Source: Syntrophales bacterium
Lineage (GTDB): Bacteria > Desulfobacterota > Syntrophia > Syntrophales > UBA6807
Direction: 5' to 3'
Length of the DNA stretch: 64,000 nt
Assembly: GCA_040767195.1 (NCBI GenBank)
Contig: JAXGPA010000001.1
Coordinates: forward strand, 512,001-576,000
The translations under genes were made by a program, and so were the position numbers. A model generated the notes under the pieces. That model worked only from the letters and a program-made list of their open reading frames with translations. It made no database searches and was not told the origin of the DNA. Shown here piece after piece: positions 27,049 to 36,694 of this stretch (position 1 is its first letter; each line of letters opens with the position of its first letter).

Positions 27049-28728
27049 TCATTTCAGGAGCGTGGAAAGAAAGCAGGTGCTGCCTCCCGAATCACCGGTG
27101 CTTTCGGTGACCTGGTAAACGTCAAAGCCGTAGAAGGGATTGGCCGACCCCGCCATGAGGCCCCCCTCGGTGGCCTTCAGGGTCCTGATCCCGTAATTGA
27201 AGCGATCGTCGAACCCGTCCCGGGTCACCGGCGAGAAATTCACGCCGTCTTCGGACACGAAAAGATCCGCCCCCGGCGGGTTGTCCTTGTTTTCTTCCAG
27301 GATGAAGGCGATGTCGTCCTTGAATTCCTCCAGGAAGCCCTCATCCACGCCGGGAAGCATGGCCTGGATGAGGGGAACGAGGAACTCGAAAAAGACGCCG
27401 ATGTCGAAGGTGCTGCAGTAGAGCTTGCCCTTGTACTCTTCCATCCACCACACGTAGAAGTTGAGGGAATAGTTCCTTCCCCTGTCCGTAACCTTTTCCG
27501 GGTCGAAGAAACCGGCGGCGTAATTGCCGAGACGCCCGTCGAAGAGGGAATTCTTCCCGGGATCGCCGATGATCATTTCCCACTGGTCATCCTTGTCGAA
27601 CCGGTAGATTTCCGCCCTGGGATCGGAGAAACGATTCAGGAGAATGTCCGGCCGGCGGTCGGCGAGGTGATAGGGCAGGCCGAAAAGGGTGCCCACATAG
27701 ACGTACTCGCCGAAACGGAAGAGGCCGGCGATCTCGTTCATGGAGTTCCCCGCCCCATTGGACATGGTTTTTTCCCATTTCCAGTTGGCCGCCACCAGGG
27801 GGTCCCCCTGGGGTTTCCCCTTGAACACCCAGAACCCGCCTTCGGTGTCCCGTGTGTTCAGGTAGTATGTCGTGGTGTACAGGTACCCGTTGAACGGAAG
27901 AAACTGCCAGTTGAGGATGGGTTCGGTCCTGTCCGCGTCCTGTCCCTCATCCTTGTCGGGCAGGCCCAGGGCCGTGAAGATGCCCCGGTCCGCTATTTTT
28001 TTCCATACCTCCGGACGGGGAGCGAGGCCGGCCCCCTGGGATTCCGGGCGATCCGTGATCCAGATATCTCCGTTCATCATCCCCACGACAAGGTGTCCGT
28101 CGTGGACGTCCAGGGAACGGATGGAGTTTTCCTGATCCGACGACACGCTCCGGAACACGACAACGGGCTCGTCCTCGGCGGGGTTGAAATCGTCGGAGAA
28201 GCGGAGCACCTCCACGGGGAGAGAGGGGATGAAACCGGTGGTCGCCACGTAGAGGGCCGTTTTCCCGCCGGCGTCCGTGTAAGTTTTCATCACCCGGTAC
28301 CCCAGGTGGCGGGGCATGCCGACGGCGGTCTCAACGGGTGAGGTGTACACGAGTTCCCAGGGTTTCGAACCGTCGGTGCGGTAACGGAAAATCCGGGCCC
28401 GGATATCCGTGGGGGGCACGATGTTTCCCTTGAAGAGCGTCACGATCTGTTCATCCGTGAAGCCGGCCTCGTACAGGACGAGATAGGCCAGGGCCCGGTT
28501 GGATCCCACGTAGAGGTATTCTCCGCCTCCCCCGGAAGGATCCCGGATGGTCTCCATGCACCAGGCGTAAGAATTCTGTCGGTCCCCCGAAAGGCCGTCG
28601 TCCCCGATTCCCCCGGTCCCGACCTGGCGCAACCCGAGATCGGCCTGGGCCCCGCCGATCACAATGAATAGAAATGAGAGGCAAATCAACGCCCCTACCA
28701 TCTTTTTCCCGGAAGAAACCTTTTTCAT
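27049..28728 (-). CDS. Secreted protein (probable beta-propeller) with a C-terminal Gly/Ser-linker-CFL tail
   Basis: Signal-like MKKVSSGKKMVGALICLSFLFIVIGGAQA; repeated blade-like motifs (NSYAWCM, YLYVGS, GFDDRFNYGIRTL); ends TGDSGGSTCFLSTLLK. Confidence 0.75.
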   Translation of the reverse strand: MKKVSSGKKMVGALICLSFLFIVIGGAQADLGLRQVGTGGIGDDGLSGDRQNSYAWCMETIRDPSGGGGEYLYVGSNRALAYLVLYEAGFTDEQIVTLFKGNIVPPTDIRARIFRYRTDGSKPWELVYTSPVETAVGMPRHLGYRVMKTYTDAGGKTALYVATTGFIPSLPVEVLRFSDDFNPAEDEPVVVFRSVSSDQENSIRSLDVHDGHLVVGMMNGDIWITDRPESQGAGLAPRPEVWKKIADRGIFTALGLPDKDEGQDADRTEPILNWQFLPFNGYLYTTTYYLNTRDTEGGFWVFKGKPQGDPLVAANWKWEKTMSNGAGNSMNEIAGLFRFGEYVYVGTLFGLPYHLADRRPDILLNRFSDPRAEIYRFDKDDQWEMIIGDPGKNSLFDGRLGNYAAGFFDPEKVTDRGRNYSLNFYVWWMEEYKGKLYCSTFDIGVFFEFLVPLIQAMLPGVDEGFLEEFKDDIAFILEENKDNPPGADLFVSEDGVNFSPVTRDGFDDRFNYGIRTLKATEGGLMAGSANPFYGFDVYQVTESTGDSGGSTCFLSTLLK

Positions 28729-28848
28729 CGATACCATTCTCCTTCCTTTATTTTCGCCTCCCCCGGCCGTTTCTTCCCCCGTATTGCCTTTTACCATAAT
28801 ATAACGGACAGGAACAGGAACCAAAGAGACCCCTTACCTTCTCCGCTG

Positions 28849-30047
28849 TCATTCAAAGGCCCGCCTTTCTTTTCCCGATTTTTCTTCCAGGGCACCATGG
28901 AGAAAGCCCCGGAATCGATCGACATGACGGTCCCAGCTGAATCCTTCCACCGATTTTCTCGCATTTCGTCTTATAAAATCATACCCACGGGAATCGGAAA
29001 GAAGGCGGTCTATCGCTTCACTTAAAGAGGGCGCCGTCATCCTGTCCAGCAGAACCCCGTTGAACCCGCTGCGGACTGTCTCCCGGACGCCGCCGGAATT
29101 CGAGGCAATCACGGGGGTTCCGCAGGCGAGGGCTTCCACGGGAACCATGCCGAAAGGCTCATTTTTCGTAGTAAATATCAATACTCTCGCTCCGGAGTAA
29201 AGGGACGGCAACTTTTCATGGGCGACCCCTCCCGTGAGAATCACCCGGTCACCGAGACCCATCCGGTCAACGAACAGCCGGAGTGCCTCCTTCTCTTCCC
29301 CTTCCCCCCCGATGAGAAGCCTGTAATTTCGATTCTTCAACCGCGAAAAAGCTTCAATGGCTACCGGGACGTTTTTGAAGCGGGTGAGACGGCTTATCAT
29401 GAACAGGTAATCCGATTTCTCACCGGTCGGTGAGAAATAATCCAGGTCCACGCCGGGATGAATGTACCCTCTCGGCTCGATCCCGTAAGTTTTCCGGAAC
29501 CGGTCCATGGTGAATCGGGAATTGCAGAGGGCGCAGTCAACGTTCCGCCTCACAAGACGGCGGTCGATGGCCTTCAGAAGGGGCGTCAGGATCCTGGCCC
29601 CGGTCCGCAGAAGGATATCATCGATGGCATTCTGCCACTCGGGAGAATGGATAAAGGCGCTCGGCTCGTGGCAATACCACAGGCAGAAGGTGTTTCTCCG
29701 GCGCCGCCTGTACAAAAGGCCCACCAGTTCGCCGGCAGGACGGAGGGCAGGAGAACATCGGGTTTCAGGCGATCCAGAATCCCGTTTATCTTCCGTTGCA
29801 GGACGGGCCAGGAAAGCCAGAAAAGACGCTCGTTGGACAGGTATCCCCCTGTTTCCACGAAGGCGATCCCGGGAAATTTTCTCCTGTACTCCCCGGACAC
29901 CCGGATGCACAGCACGGTGACGCGATAACGGTCCGGGGGCAAGCGGCGGGCCACCTCCAGAACGACATTCCCGGCACCGCCCGGCAATGTGAAATGAGGG
30001 TGAAGGAAAACGAGATGAATGGGCTCCATCGAATTCCGGTGGGTCAC
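28849..30047 (-). pseudogene. GT4 glycosyltransferase with one frameshift (or sequencing error) at about 29714-29717
   Basis: N-terminal FLHPHFTLPGGAG in ORF 29586..30047; C-terminal WYCHEP and EPFGMVPVEALACGTPVI in ORF 28849..29910. One extra T in GCC TTTT GTAC joins the frames. Confidence 0.8.
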
Positions 30048-30068
30048 CGCTTCCGTTCCTCCAGGGAA

Positions 30069-31193
30069 CTACTGGAAAAAAGAGACATGCCTGACCAGGT
30101 CCTGGGGCCTGAAACGGCAGATGATTTCCAGGCTTTTTTCTTTCATTGCCTCCAATTCGGCGTCAGAGCGCAACACGACCCGGAGGGCTTCCGTCAGAGC
30201 CTCCTGGTTCCCACCCTCGAAAACGACCCCGTTGCCCGAGATCAGGTCCCTCGAACATCCGCATCGATCGGACACCACGACAGCGCAACGGCAGGCCATG
30301 GCCTCGTTCACCACGAGCCCCCAGGGCTCTTCAATCGACGGAAGAACAAGGATGTCGGCCATGGCATACAATGCCGGTATTTCATTCACGGCCCGGTGAC
30401 CGAGAAAATGAACATCCGGCAAGCCGCCGGCCAGACGCTGCAGTTTTGCCATCTCAGGTCCGTACCCCACCACGACGAGGTGAAGATCCCTCCGTTCCTT
30501 TCTCAGGGTCTTATAAGCCTCGATGAGGCGATCGATGTGCTTGATGGAAACCAGTCTTCCGGAAAACATCAGGACTTTCGAATCGTGACGGATGCCCCGT
30601 CTGGTTTTTTCATCCTGGGTCCGATCCTTGCTTAGACAACCCTCTTTCATGAAATGATCCACATCCACCGTGTTATAAAAAGGATCGATCCTCTTTTTCG
30701 CCCCCAGGTGTTTCAGGTAGTCCGCAGCCGCCGTCCCGCCACTGATGAATCCGTCGAACTGCCGTATCAGGGTCTTCACGTAAGGTTTGAAGAACAGGCG
30801 TGGGAGACTTTTTTCATGAACGGTGCTGTCCGAATACAGGATGATTTCCTTCCGGTTCAGCTTGCAGTATGAAAGAGCGACAAGAGTCGCCGGGCTGTCC
30901 CAACCGGATATGATCACCCGGTCGGGACGGCATTTCACCAGCTCAAAATAGATGTTATAATTAACATTAAGTGTGTAGGCCTGATTCACCCGGAGTGGGA
31001 TGCCGATGTTCTTCAGAAAAAGTGCATGATACGAGTCGGGATTTACCTTCTCGTTCCACTTTCGGTAGGAACTTCCCGGATTCTGGTAAAAGACATGGAG
31101 ATCCCAGTTTCCGCATTCCTCCGCGATCGCCTTGAAACGTGCATGGTTGTATGGTGTCCAGAGGACCTGAATGAAGAGTAATTTCTTTCTCAT
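30069..31193 (-). CDS. GT4 glycosyltransferase
   Basis: FSGRLVSIK, EPWGLVVNEAMAC. Confidence 0.92.
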   Translation of the reverse strand: MRKKLLFIQVLWTPYNHARFKAIAEECGNWDLHVFYQNPGSSYRKWNEKVNPDSYHALFLKNIGIPLRVNQAYTLNVNYNIYFELVKCRPDRVIISGWDSPATLVALSYCKLNRKEIILYSDSTVHEKSLPRLFFKPYVKTLIRQFDGFISGGTAAADYLKHLGAKKRIDPFYNTVDVDHFMKEGCLSKDRTQDEKTRRGIRHDSKVLMFSGRLVSIKHIDRLIEAYKTLRKERRDLHLVVVGYGPEMAKLQRLAGGLPDVHFLGHRAVNEIPALYAMADILVLPSIEEPWGLVVNEAMACRCAVVVSDRCGCSRDLISGNGVVFEGGNQEALTEALRVVLRSDAELEAMKEKSLEIICRFRPQDLVRHVSFFQ

Positions 31194-31482
31194 GAATCCA
31201 GGATCCTTTCAGATGGAAATATGACCGCCGTCTTATCCATCGGTCCCATTATCCTCAGAGTCGTCGGATAACTAAAAGGAGCTGAACCTGAAATTTGAAC
31301 TGGGAGAGGCAATCTGATGCCGAAAGGGACACTGCTGAGAAAAAAGCGGAAGATTCTTGACATTCCCAGTCGTCATTGATCACGTTTCTCATGAAGTTTC
31401 GGCCGGTCTGATTCGGTACAGACTGAATGGTTTAGCCATACCCACCTTCTAAAATGAGAGAATGATGGCGGAAACAAACATG

Positions 31483-32247
31483 TCAGGAAAGAAAAGAGTA
31501 GATGGCGTTCAATGTCAGGACATGCATGAAATGGCGATAGATGTAAATTTCTTCCCCCGGCCTTGCGTGTTTTTTAGCAATCCCGTAAGCCTCCAGGGCC
31601 GCTTTTCGATAGTTATTCTTCGATTTTGAGGTCCTGTGCCACCGGAATCTCGCGAGATAGCGGTCTATGTACAGGGGCGGATAACGGCAGGCAAGACGAA
31701 GCCAATAGTCGTAATCCATGGCATAATCATATGCCAGATTCAGGAACCCCGTCTCTTCGAAGGCTTTTTTCGAGATAAAGACGGCCGGCTGGGGTATGAA
31801 ATCCTTGGTCAGGAGTTTCCCATGGGAATAGCGCCTGCTCTCAAAATTCTTATAACGGGTGATGAATTTCCTTATTTCCCGGCCCTCATCATCGATATTC
31901 CAGCAGTTCCCGAAGCACCACTTGAATTGATTTGTTTTGTAAGCCTCGGCCACCGTCGCAAGGGCCCCCTCCTCGTACAGGTCATCCGAGTTGAGCCAGC
32001 CGAGGACGTCACCTGACGCTCTCGTAAAACCCTTGTTTACGGCGTCTGTCTGCCCACGGTCGGGTTCGGATATCCATAAAAGAGACCCGTCGAACTTTTC
32101 AAGAGTTCTCAATGTTCCATCGTTTGATCCGCCATCTATCACTAAGTATTCGAGTTCGAAGTCCCCTTTCTGGCATAATACACTCTGTATGGTTTTCTCG
32201 ATAAAAACGTTCTGATTCAGGGAGGGTGTAACTATCGAAATTTTCAT
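31483..32247 (-). CDS. GT2 glycosyltransferase (WcaE-like)
   Basis: ISIVTPSLNQ, IDGGSNDGT, GWLNSDD, MDYDYWLR. Confidence 0.93.
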   Translation of the reverse strand: MKISIVTPSLNQNVFIEKTIQSVLCQKGDFELEYLVIDGGSNDGTLRTLEKFDGSLLWISEPDRGQTDAVNKGFTRASGDVLGWLNSDDLYEEGALATVAEAYKTNQFKWCFGNCWNIDDEGREIRKFITRYKNFESRRYSHGKLLTKDFIPQPAVFISKKAFEETGFLNLAYDYAMDYDYWLRLACRYPPLYIDRYLARFRWHRTSKSKNNYRKAALEAYGIAKKHARPGEEIYIYRHFMHVLTLNAIYSFLS

Positions 32248-33170
32248 TTCTTAAGGTTTTCAAGTTGTGTGATCAAGGCTCCAATCTCCGAAATAGGAAA
32301 TCTCAGAGAATAATACAACCTCCTCTTAAAAGGCATGATACGGGGATTCATGAATTGCATCAGACCGACAGCCATAGCCCCTGACAACCTGAACAGGCGG
32401 ATTAACAGGCCAAAGCTACGATTCATTGTTTTATCATAGGTTCTGCCAATTTTATAAAAAGATCGCAGATTCCATTTAAGAGACAGCTTGTACTCCAAAA
32501 TCAGATGGTCGACTTTTAAATCATGAAGATAATATACAGGGTAACCAGCCCTCTGGATCGTAAGGAGCAAATTCGTTTCCTCACCATAGCCGATCTCCGT
32601 GCCCGACATGCCGAGCTGTACATTAAAGCCCCCGAATGCCTTAAGGATATCCTTTCGAAATACCATATTGCATCCTGTATATATTTCGTCGGGTAAATGA
32701 ATGATTCTTTCCAGGCCTCTTCCTGGATCCAACTCAATCTGCATATATTCAACAGGTAACCATTCTGGACGACCTGAAAGAACATATCCATAATCTGGAC
32801 CGCCGAACGCGACAGCTTCCGGCTTACGGCGAATAAAATCAAGCATTATAGATATCCAGTTATTGCGGGCCTTCGCATCATCATCAATATACGCTACATA
32901 AACGCCAGTTGCCTCTTCAAATCCGCGGTTCCGCGCTCTGCTGAGACCAATTTCAGATTCCAATACAATCTTGTAATTGCTATGCTTTTTTAAATATTTC
33001 TCGCACATTTTTTGAGTGTCATCGGTTGAATTGTTATCCACAACGATGACTTCCCACATATCTTTTTCCGCATCCTGTTCGGACAAAGCTTCCAAACATA
33101 ATTCCAATACTCCGCTTCTGTTATACGTACAGACAATCACTGAAACTAAGACCTTATTTTCTTTTACCAT
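32244..33170 (-). CDS. GT2 glycosyltransferase
   Basis: SVIVCTYNR, VVDNNSTD, AYIDDD, GEET. Confidence 0.92.
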   Translation of the reverse strand: MVKENKVLVSVIVCTYNRSGVLELCLEALSEQDAEKDMWEVIVVDNNSTDDTQKMCEKYLKKHSNYKIVLESEIGLSRARNRGFEEATGVYVAYIDDDAKARNNWISIMLDFIRRKPEAVAFGGPDYGYVLSGRPEWLPVEYMQIELDPGRGLERIIHLPDEIYTGCNMVFRKDILKAFGGFNVQLGMSGTEIGYGEETNLLLTIQRAGYPVYYLHDLKVDHLILEYKLSLKWNLRSFYKIGRTYDKTMNRSFGLLIRLFRLSGAMAVGLMQFMNPRIMPFKRRLYYSLRFPISEIGALITQLENLKK

Positions 33171-33272
33171 ATTAATTTTCCTTCTGCCATATTACTTTCC
33201 TTTGCGGCTTCTACCTCATTATTTTTCGATGGGTGGATTTGTGATCTGGAATTACCTTGAACAGCAATGCGA

Positions 33273-34059
33273 TTACATATATTCTTGGTATTTCCTTCTT
33301 AAAATTCCAATAAGCGACCTATCGGAATATTCTTTATTTATTTCAAAGTCTTTTTCACGTTTTCTCATTTCGTTCCATAGGTGTATCGAATACGTCGCTC
33401 CAAATAAAAAATTTGATCGAAAAATGTATCGTCAAATACACTTTTCCAACAGCTGTAATGAATTGGATAAAAAAAGGTAAATGGTTTTGCTTTATGAAAT
33501 AGATTATATTTATTGAGTTCTCTTGTAAGGGCGTGTGGTCCTACTTCCCCCACATTACACGATATCTCCTATTCCCCAGCAGATACTTTCTAATGGCTTT
33601 AATGATTTTTGTTTTCGAACTGTCGTCTCTTAATATTACATTCGGCGCCTTACAAAGATGTATTAAGTTTTTAAGAATAACGTGTCCAACAGGAAATCTC
33701 AATACTCCGCTAGCTACCGTGTATGAGTCTTCTTTTCCGAAAACAAAATCCTCCTGAAAGATATAGGGTTTAAGACATATATTGTCCATGTCAACCCAAA
33801 AGTGCCCCTTTTTAAACAATAATTCGTATCTAAACCAGTCAGAAAAGAGTGCATACTTTCTTCTATATGCGTGTAGTTGTGCTTCAGGAATTATTTCATT
33901 TGCATCCACTATCTTTACACCGCTGGGAACATCCTTTATATCATCATAAACATACAAATGAAATTTATGGCCATTCGCCAAAAAAGACGCAGCTGCAATA
34001 CGTTCTATAATAGACAATTTATTTCCGATCCATAACGATTGTATTATATTTTTCTCCAT
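33273..34059 (-). pseudogene. DXD-motif (GT32-like) glycosyltransferase with two homopolymer frameshifts
   Basis: IQSLWIG...FSDWFRY...WVDMD (33541..34059), then WGEVGP in a second frame after the G5 run at 33547-33551, then YSIHLWNEM...KYQEYM-TAA(33273) in a third frame after the T-rich run near 33410. Confidence 0.75.
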
Positions 34060-34208
34060 ATCTCCTCTCTTCCTTATTTATAGCCCTACTTTAAACCTGA
34101 TGTCCCTTGTCCAGACTCAAGACCAAAGTTGATCAGTCGTCGTAAAATAGAATATATTTTGAAAGTTGGGCTCCCCTGAACTTTACGGGGAGAGCCTGAC
34201 TTTTACAT

Positions 34209-35582
34209 CTAATCTTTGAACAGCAGTTGTTTTTTTAAGAAAAAGAAGGGTGCGACCAGAGAGGCGTGATGAAAACGGTACAGATCTATAGTTCTATTCC
34301 AAAATATAAAGACAATATGTGCAATCACAATCTGCGTCAGCACGGTTGTATATGCAGCACCAATGTTTCCGTATTTCGGAATAAAAATTAAATTTAATGC
34401 AACATTTAAAAACATTCCAATCGGATTAATTATCAACCATATTCTCTGAAGATTTTCAGCAACAATCCATTTACCATTTACTATACCAATGAAAATAGGA
34501 ACAGATGACCATATGAGAACTGCCAATACTTCACTACTGTTTGAATATGAATCGCCAAAAAGATAGAAGATGATAGGCTTGGAAAATAGTGAAATCGGCA
34601 CCGATATAAATATGGAAATCCATACCAATAAAGTAAAAAGTCTTTGCATTCTGAATTTATAGAGGCTCTCTCCTCTACGTTTTGCATATATGATGGCAGG
34701 AAAAAACGAAGCCGTTATTACTGCCGGAAGAACGGTCCACGCCTCCGTCATCGACACAGCTACAGCATAATAGCCAAGCTCTTGATTGCCCAGCAAGTAT
34801 TTGATCATGATTTGATCTACTCTTGTATAAGCCATGGCAAAAAGCCAAGCTACTGCAAGCGGCCAAGAGTCACTTAAAAGTGAAATGGCTCTTCCCCTCA
34901 AAAATTTCCAATCAAGGACACTGTTTCCATCGGCATGATAAAAAGCGACCAGACAAATTGAGAGAATCATAGATTCTACCAACATTGAAAATGCAAAGCA
35001 TACAACAGTAGCGCTAATCATAACCAAAATGATTTTAAATACAGATGAACCTAATAAAGCTATCAAAAGGGACCTCGAAGAAATACGAGCTTTAACTTTT
35101 GATTCAAAAAAACTTTCAATGACGTTAAATGACAAAAAAATATGACTCGAAGCCACTATCATAACCATTGTTATCGAAGATTTATCAGGGAAAACCATCA
35201 GTGATATAATTGCTACAGTTAGCAGGAGGAGACAGGCACCCGCAAGGCGTAGCAGAAATGTAGTTCCAAGGAGTTCCTCTCTTTTATCACCTTCCTTTAT
35301 GAGTTCTCTAATCAGCACATCTTGAAAACCGAGACTGCTCATCACACCAAAGATCGATACAAAACTTATCGCGTAGGCTAAAAGACCATAGTCCCGTGGT
35401 CCTAGGTATCTGGCTATTATAATTCCGATTATTAAGTTGATACCCAAACGGATGGATTTCTCTCCCATCATCCAAGAGGTATTAGCAAGATATTTCCTGA
35501 ATCCAGAAGATTTCATAAGATCTGTCAGTCTGAGCTCTCCAGACGGCAAATAGGCCCGGTCAAGCAGACGTTTTTTCTTCAC
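34209..35582 (-). CDS. wzx: Wzx-type flippase
   Basis: NTSWMMGEK, ARYLGPRDYG, RVDQIMI; about 12 hydrophobic segments. Confidence 0.9.
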   Translation of the reverse strand: MKKKRLLDRAYLPSGELRLTDLMKSSGFRKYLANTSWMMGEKSIRLGINLIIGIIIARYLGPRDYGLLAYAISFVSIFGVMSSLGFQDVLIRELIKEGDKREELLGTTFLLRLAGACLLLLTVAIISLMVFPDKSSITMVMIVASSHIFLSFNVIESFFESKVKARISSRSLLIALLGSSVFKIILVMISATVVCFAFSMLVESMILSICLVAFYHADGNSVLDWKFLRGRAISLLSDSWPLAVAWLFAMAYTRVDQIMIKYLLGNQELGYYAVAVSMTEAWTVLPAVITASFFPAIIYAKRRGESLYKFRMQRLFTLLVWISIFISVPISLFSKPIIFYLFGDSYSNSSEVLAVLIWSSVPIFIGIVNGKWIVAENLQRIWLIINPIGMFLNVALNLIFIPKYGNIGAAYTTVLTQIVIAHIVFIFWNRTIDLYRFHHASLVAPFFFLKKQLLFKD

Positions 35583-35868
35583 TTTTCCTTTGCCTCTCTT
35601 TGAACCGGATATCTAGAAGTGCAATCTGCTGGGCAAGTTGTTTTTGCTTATCTTTCATTTTAGATATGACAAGTGAAAAATGGATGAGAATCGTAATTAC
35701 AGCAAGAATAAGAATGAGAAAAAGTGCCGCCGGCGGATAGGCAATGCCGAGAAGAGACGAGATGAATTTCAGTCTTCTGATTCGTATGAGATAGATCATG
35801 AAGATGAGGAACGCCAAGCTGAAGAAGATAGAGATGAACTGAATGGTGTGCGGATTGAAATCTTTCAT
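35560..35868 (-). CDS. DUF2304-like small membrane protein, apparently with an internal deletion
   Basis: LIRIRRLK joined directly to FISSLLGIAYPP; C-terminal ISKM...LAQQIALL; next to a DPM-synthase-like GT2, its usual partner. Confidence 0.7.
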   Translation of the reverse strand: MKDFNPHTIQFISIFFSLAFLIFMIYLIRIRRLKFISSLLGIAYPPAALFLILILAVITILIHFSLVISKMKDKQKQLAQQIALLDIRFKERQRKSEEKTSA

Positions 35869-35982
35869 GGTTATCAGCCGTCTTTTTCCAGTCGTCTGCT
35901 TTGATCCATACTTTTTTCCCCTCCATGGAGAAAAGAATATGCAGCCATGACAAGGTCTCCGGTCACGCGGAGGAACGGGACA

Positions 35983-36690
35983 TCAGGGGGTTCGACCGGG
36001 TCGCATCGCCGTCACGAAGATGGCGAGAAGCACCTTGACCATGTAGTAGAGGGAACGGAAAGCCGTGATGGAGGACCGCCCACTGGTTCTTTCCTGCATC
36101 TCGACAGGAACCTCCTTCAGCCGGAAACCATTCCGGCCCAGGAGGATGACCGCCTCCGGCTCTGGGTAATCGGAAGGGTAATATCGGGACAGGAAGATGA
36201 GGGCCTTCCTGTTGTAGGCCCGGAATCCCGATGTGTTGTCGGTGATCCGCTGTCCTGTGAGGAGGGAATTCACCCACTGGAAAAGCCTGATCCCCGCCCG
36301 GCGGGTGAAAGTTGACCGGAAGCCTTCGTTCCCCTGGAGAAAGCGGGACCCGATGACCACGTCGGCCTCTCCTGCGAGGATCGGGGCCAGAATCTTGTCC
36401 ACTTCGGAGGCCAGGTGCTGGCCGTCGCCGTCGAACTGAAAGGCGGCCTCATAGCCCTCTCTCACAGCGTAGAGAAATCCCGTCTGGACGGCGCCGCCGA
36501 TGCCCAGGTTGCAGGGAAGGTCGACGACCAGGGCCCTTTTTGTCGCGGCGGCTTTTTCCGAGGTCCCGTCGGTGGAACCGTCGTTGACGACGATGATATC
36601 CAGGGCGGGTAACCGTTCTTTGAGGGAAAGAATGACCGCCCCGACGGTCTCCTCCTCGTTGTAGGCGGGGACAATGGCCAGAGTCTTCAC
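35983..36690 (-). CDS. GT2, polyprenol-phosphate glycosyltransferase (DPM-synthase-like)
   Basis: IVPAYNEE, VNDGSTD, NLGIGGAVQTG, QFDGDGQH, TDNTSGFRA, DYPEPE. Confidence 0.92.
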   Translation of the reverse strand: MKTLAIVPAYNEEETVGAVILSLKERLPALDIIVVNDGSTDGTSEKAAATKRALVVDLPCNLGIGGAVQTGFLYAVREGYEAAFQFDGDGQHLASEVDKILAPILAGEADVVIGSRFLQGNEGFRSTFTRRAGIRLFQWVNSLLTGQRITDNTSGFRAYNRKALIFLSRYYPSDYPEPEAVILLGRNGFRLKEVPVEMQERTSGRSSITAFRSLYYMVKVLLAIFVTAMRPGRTP

Positions 36691-36694
36691 GGCC

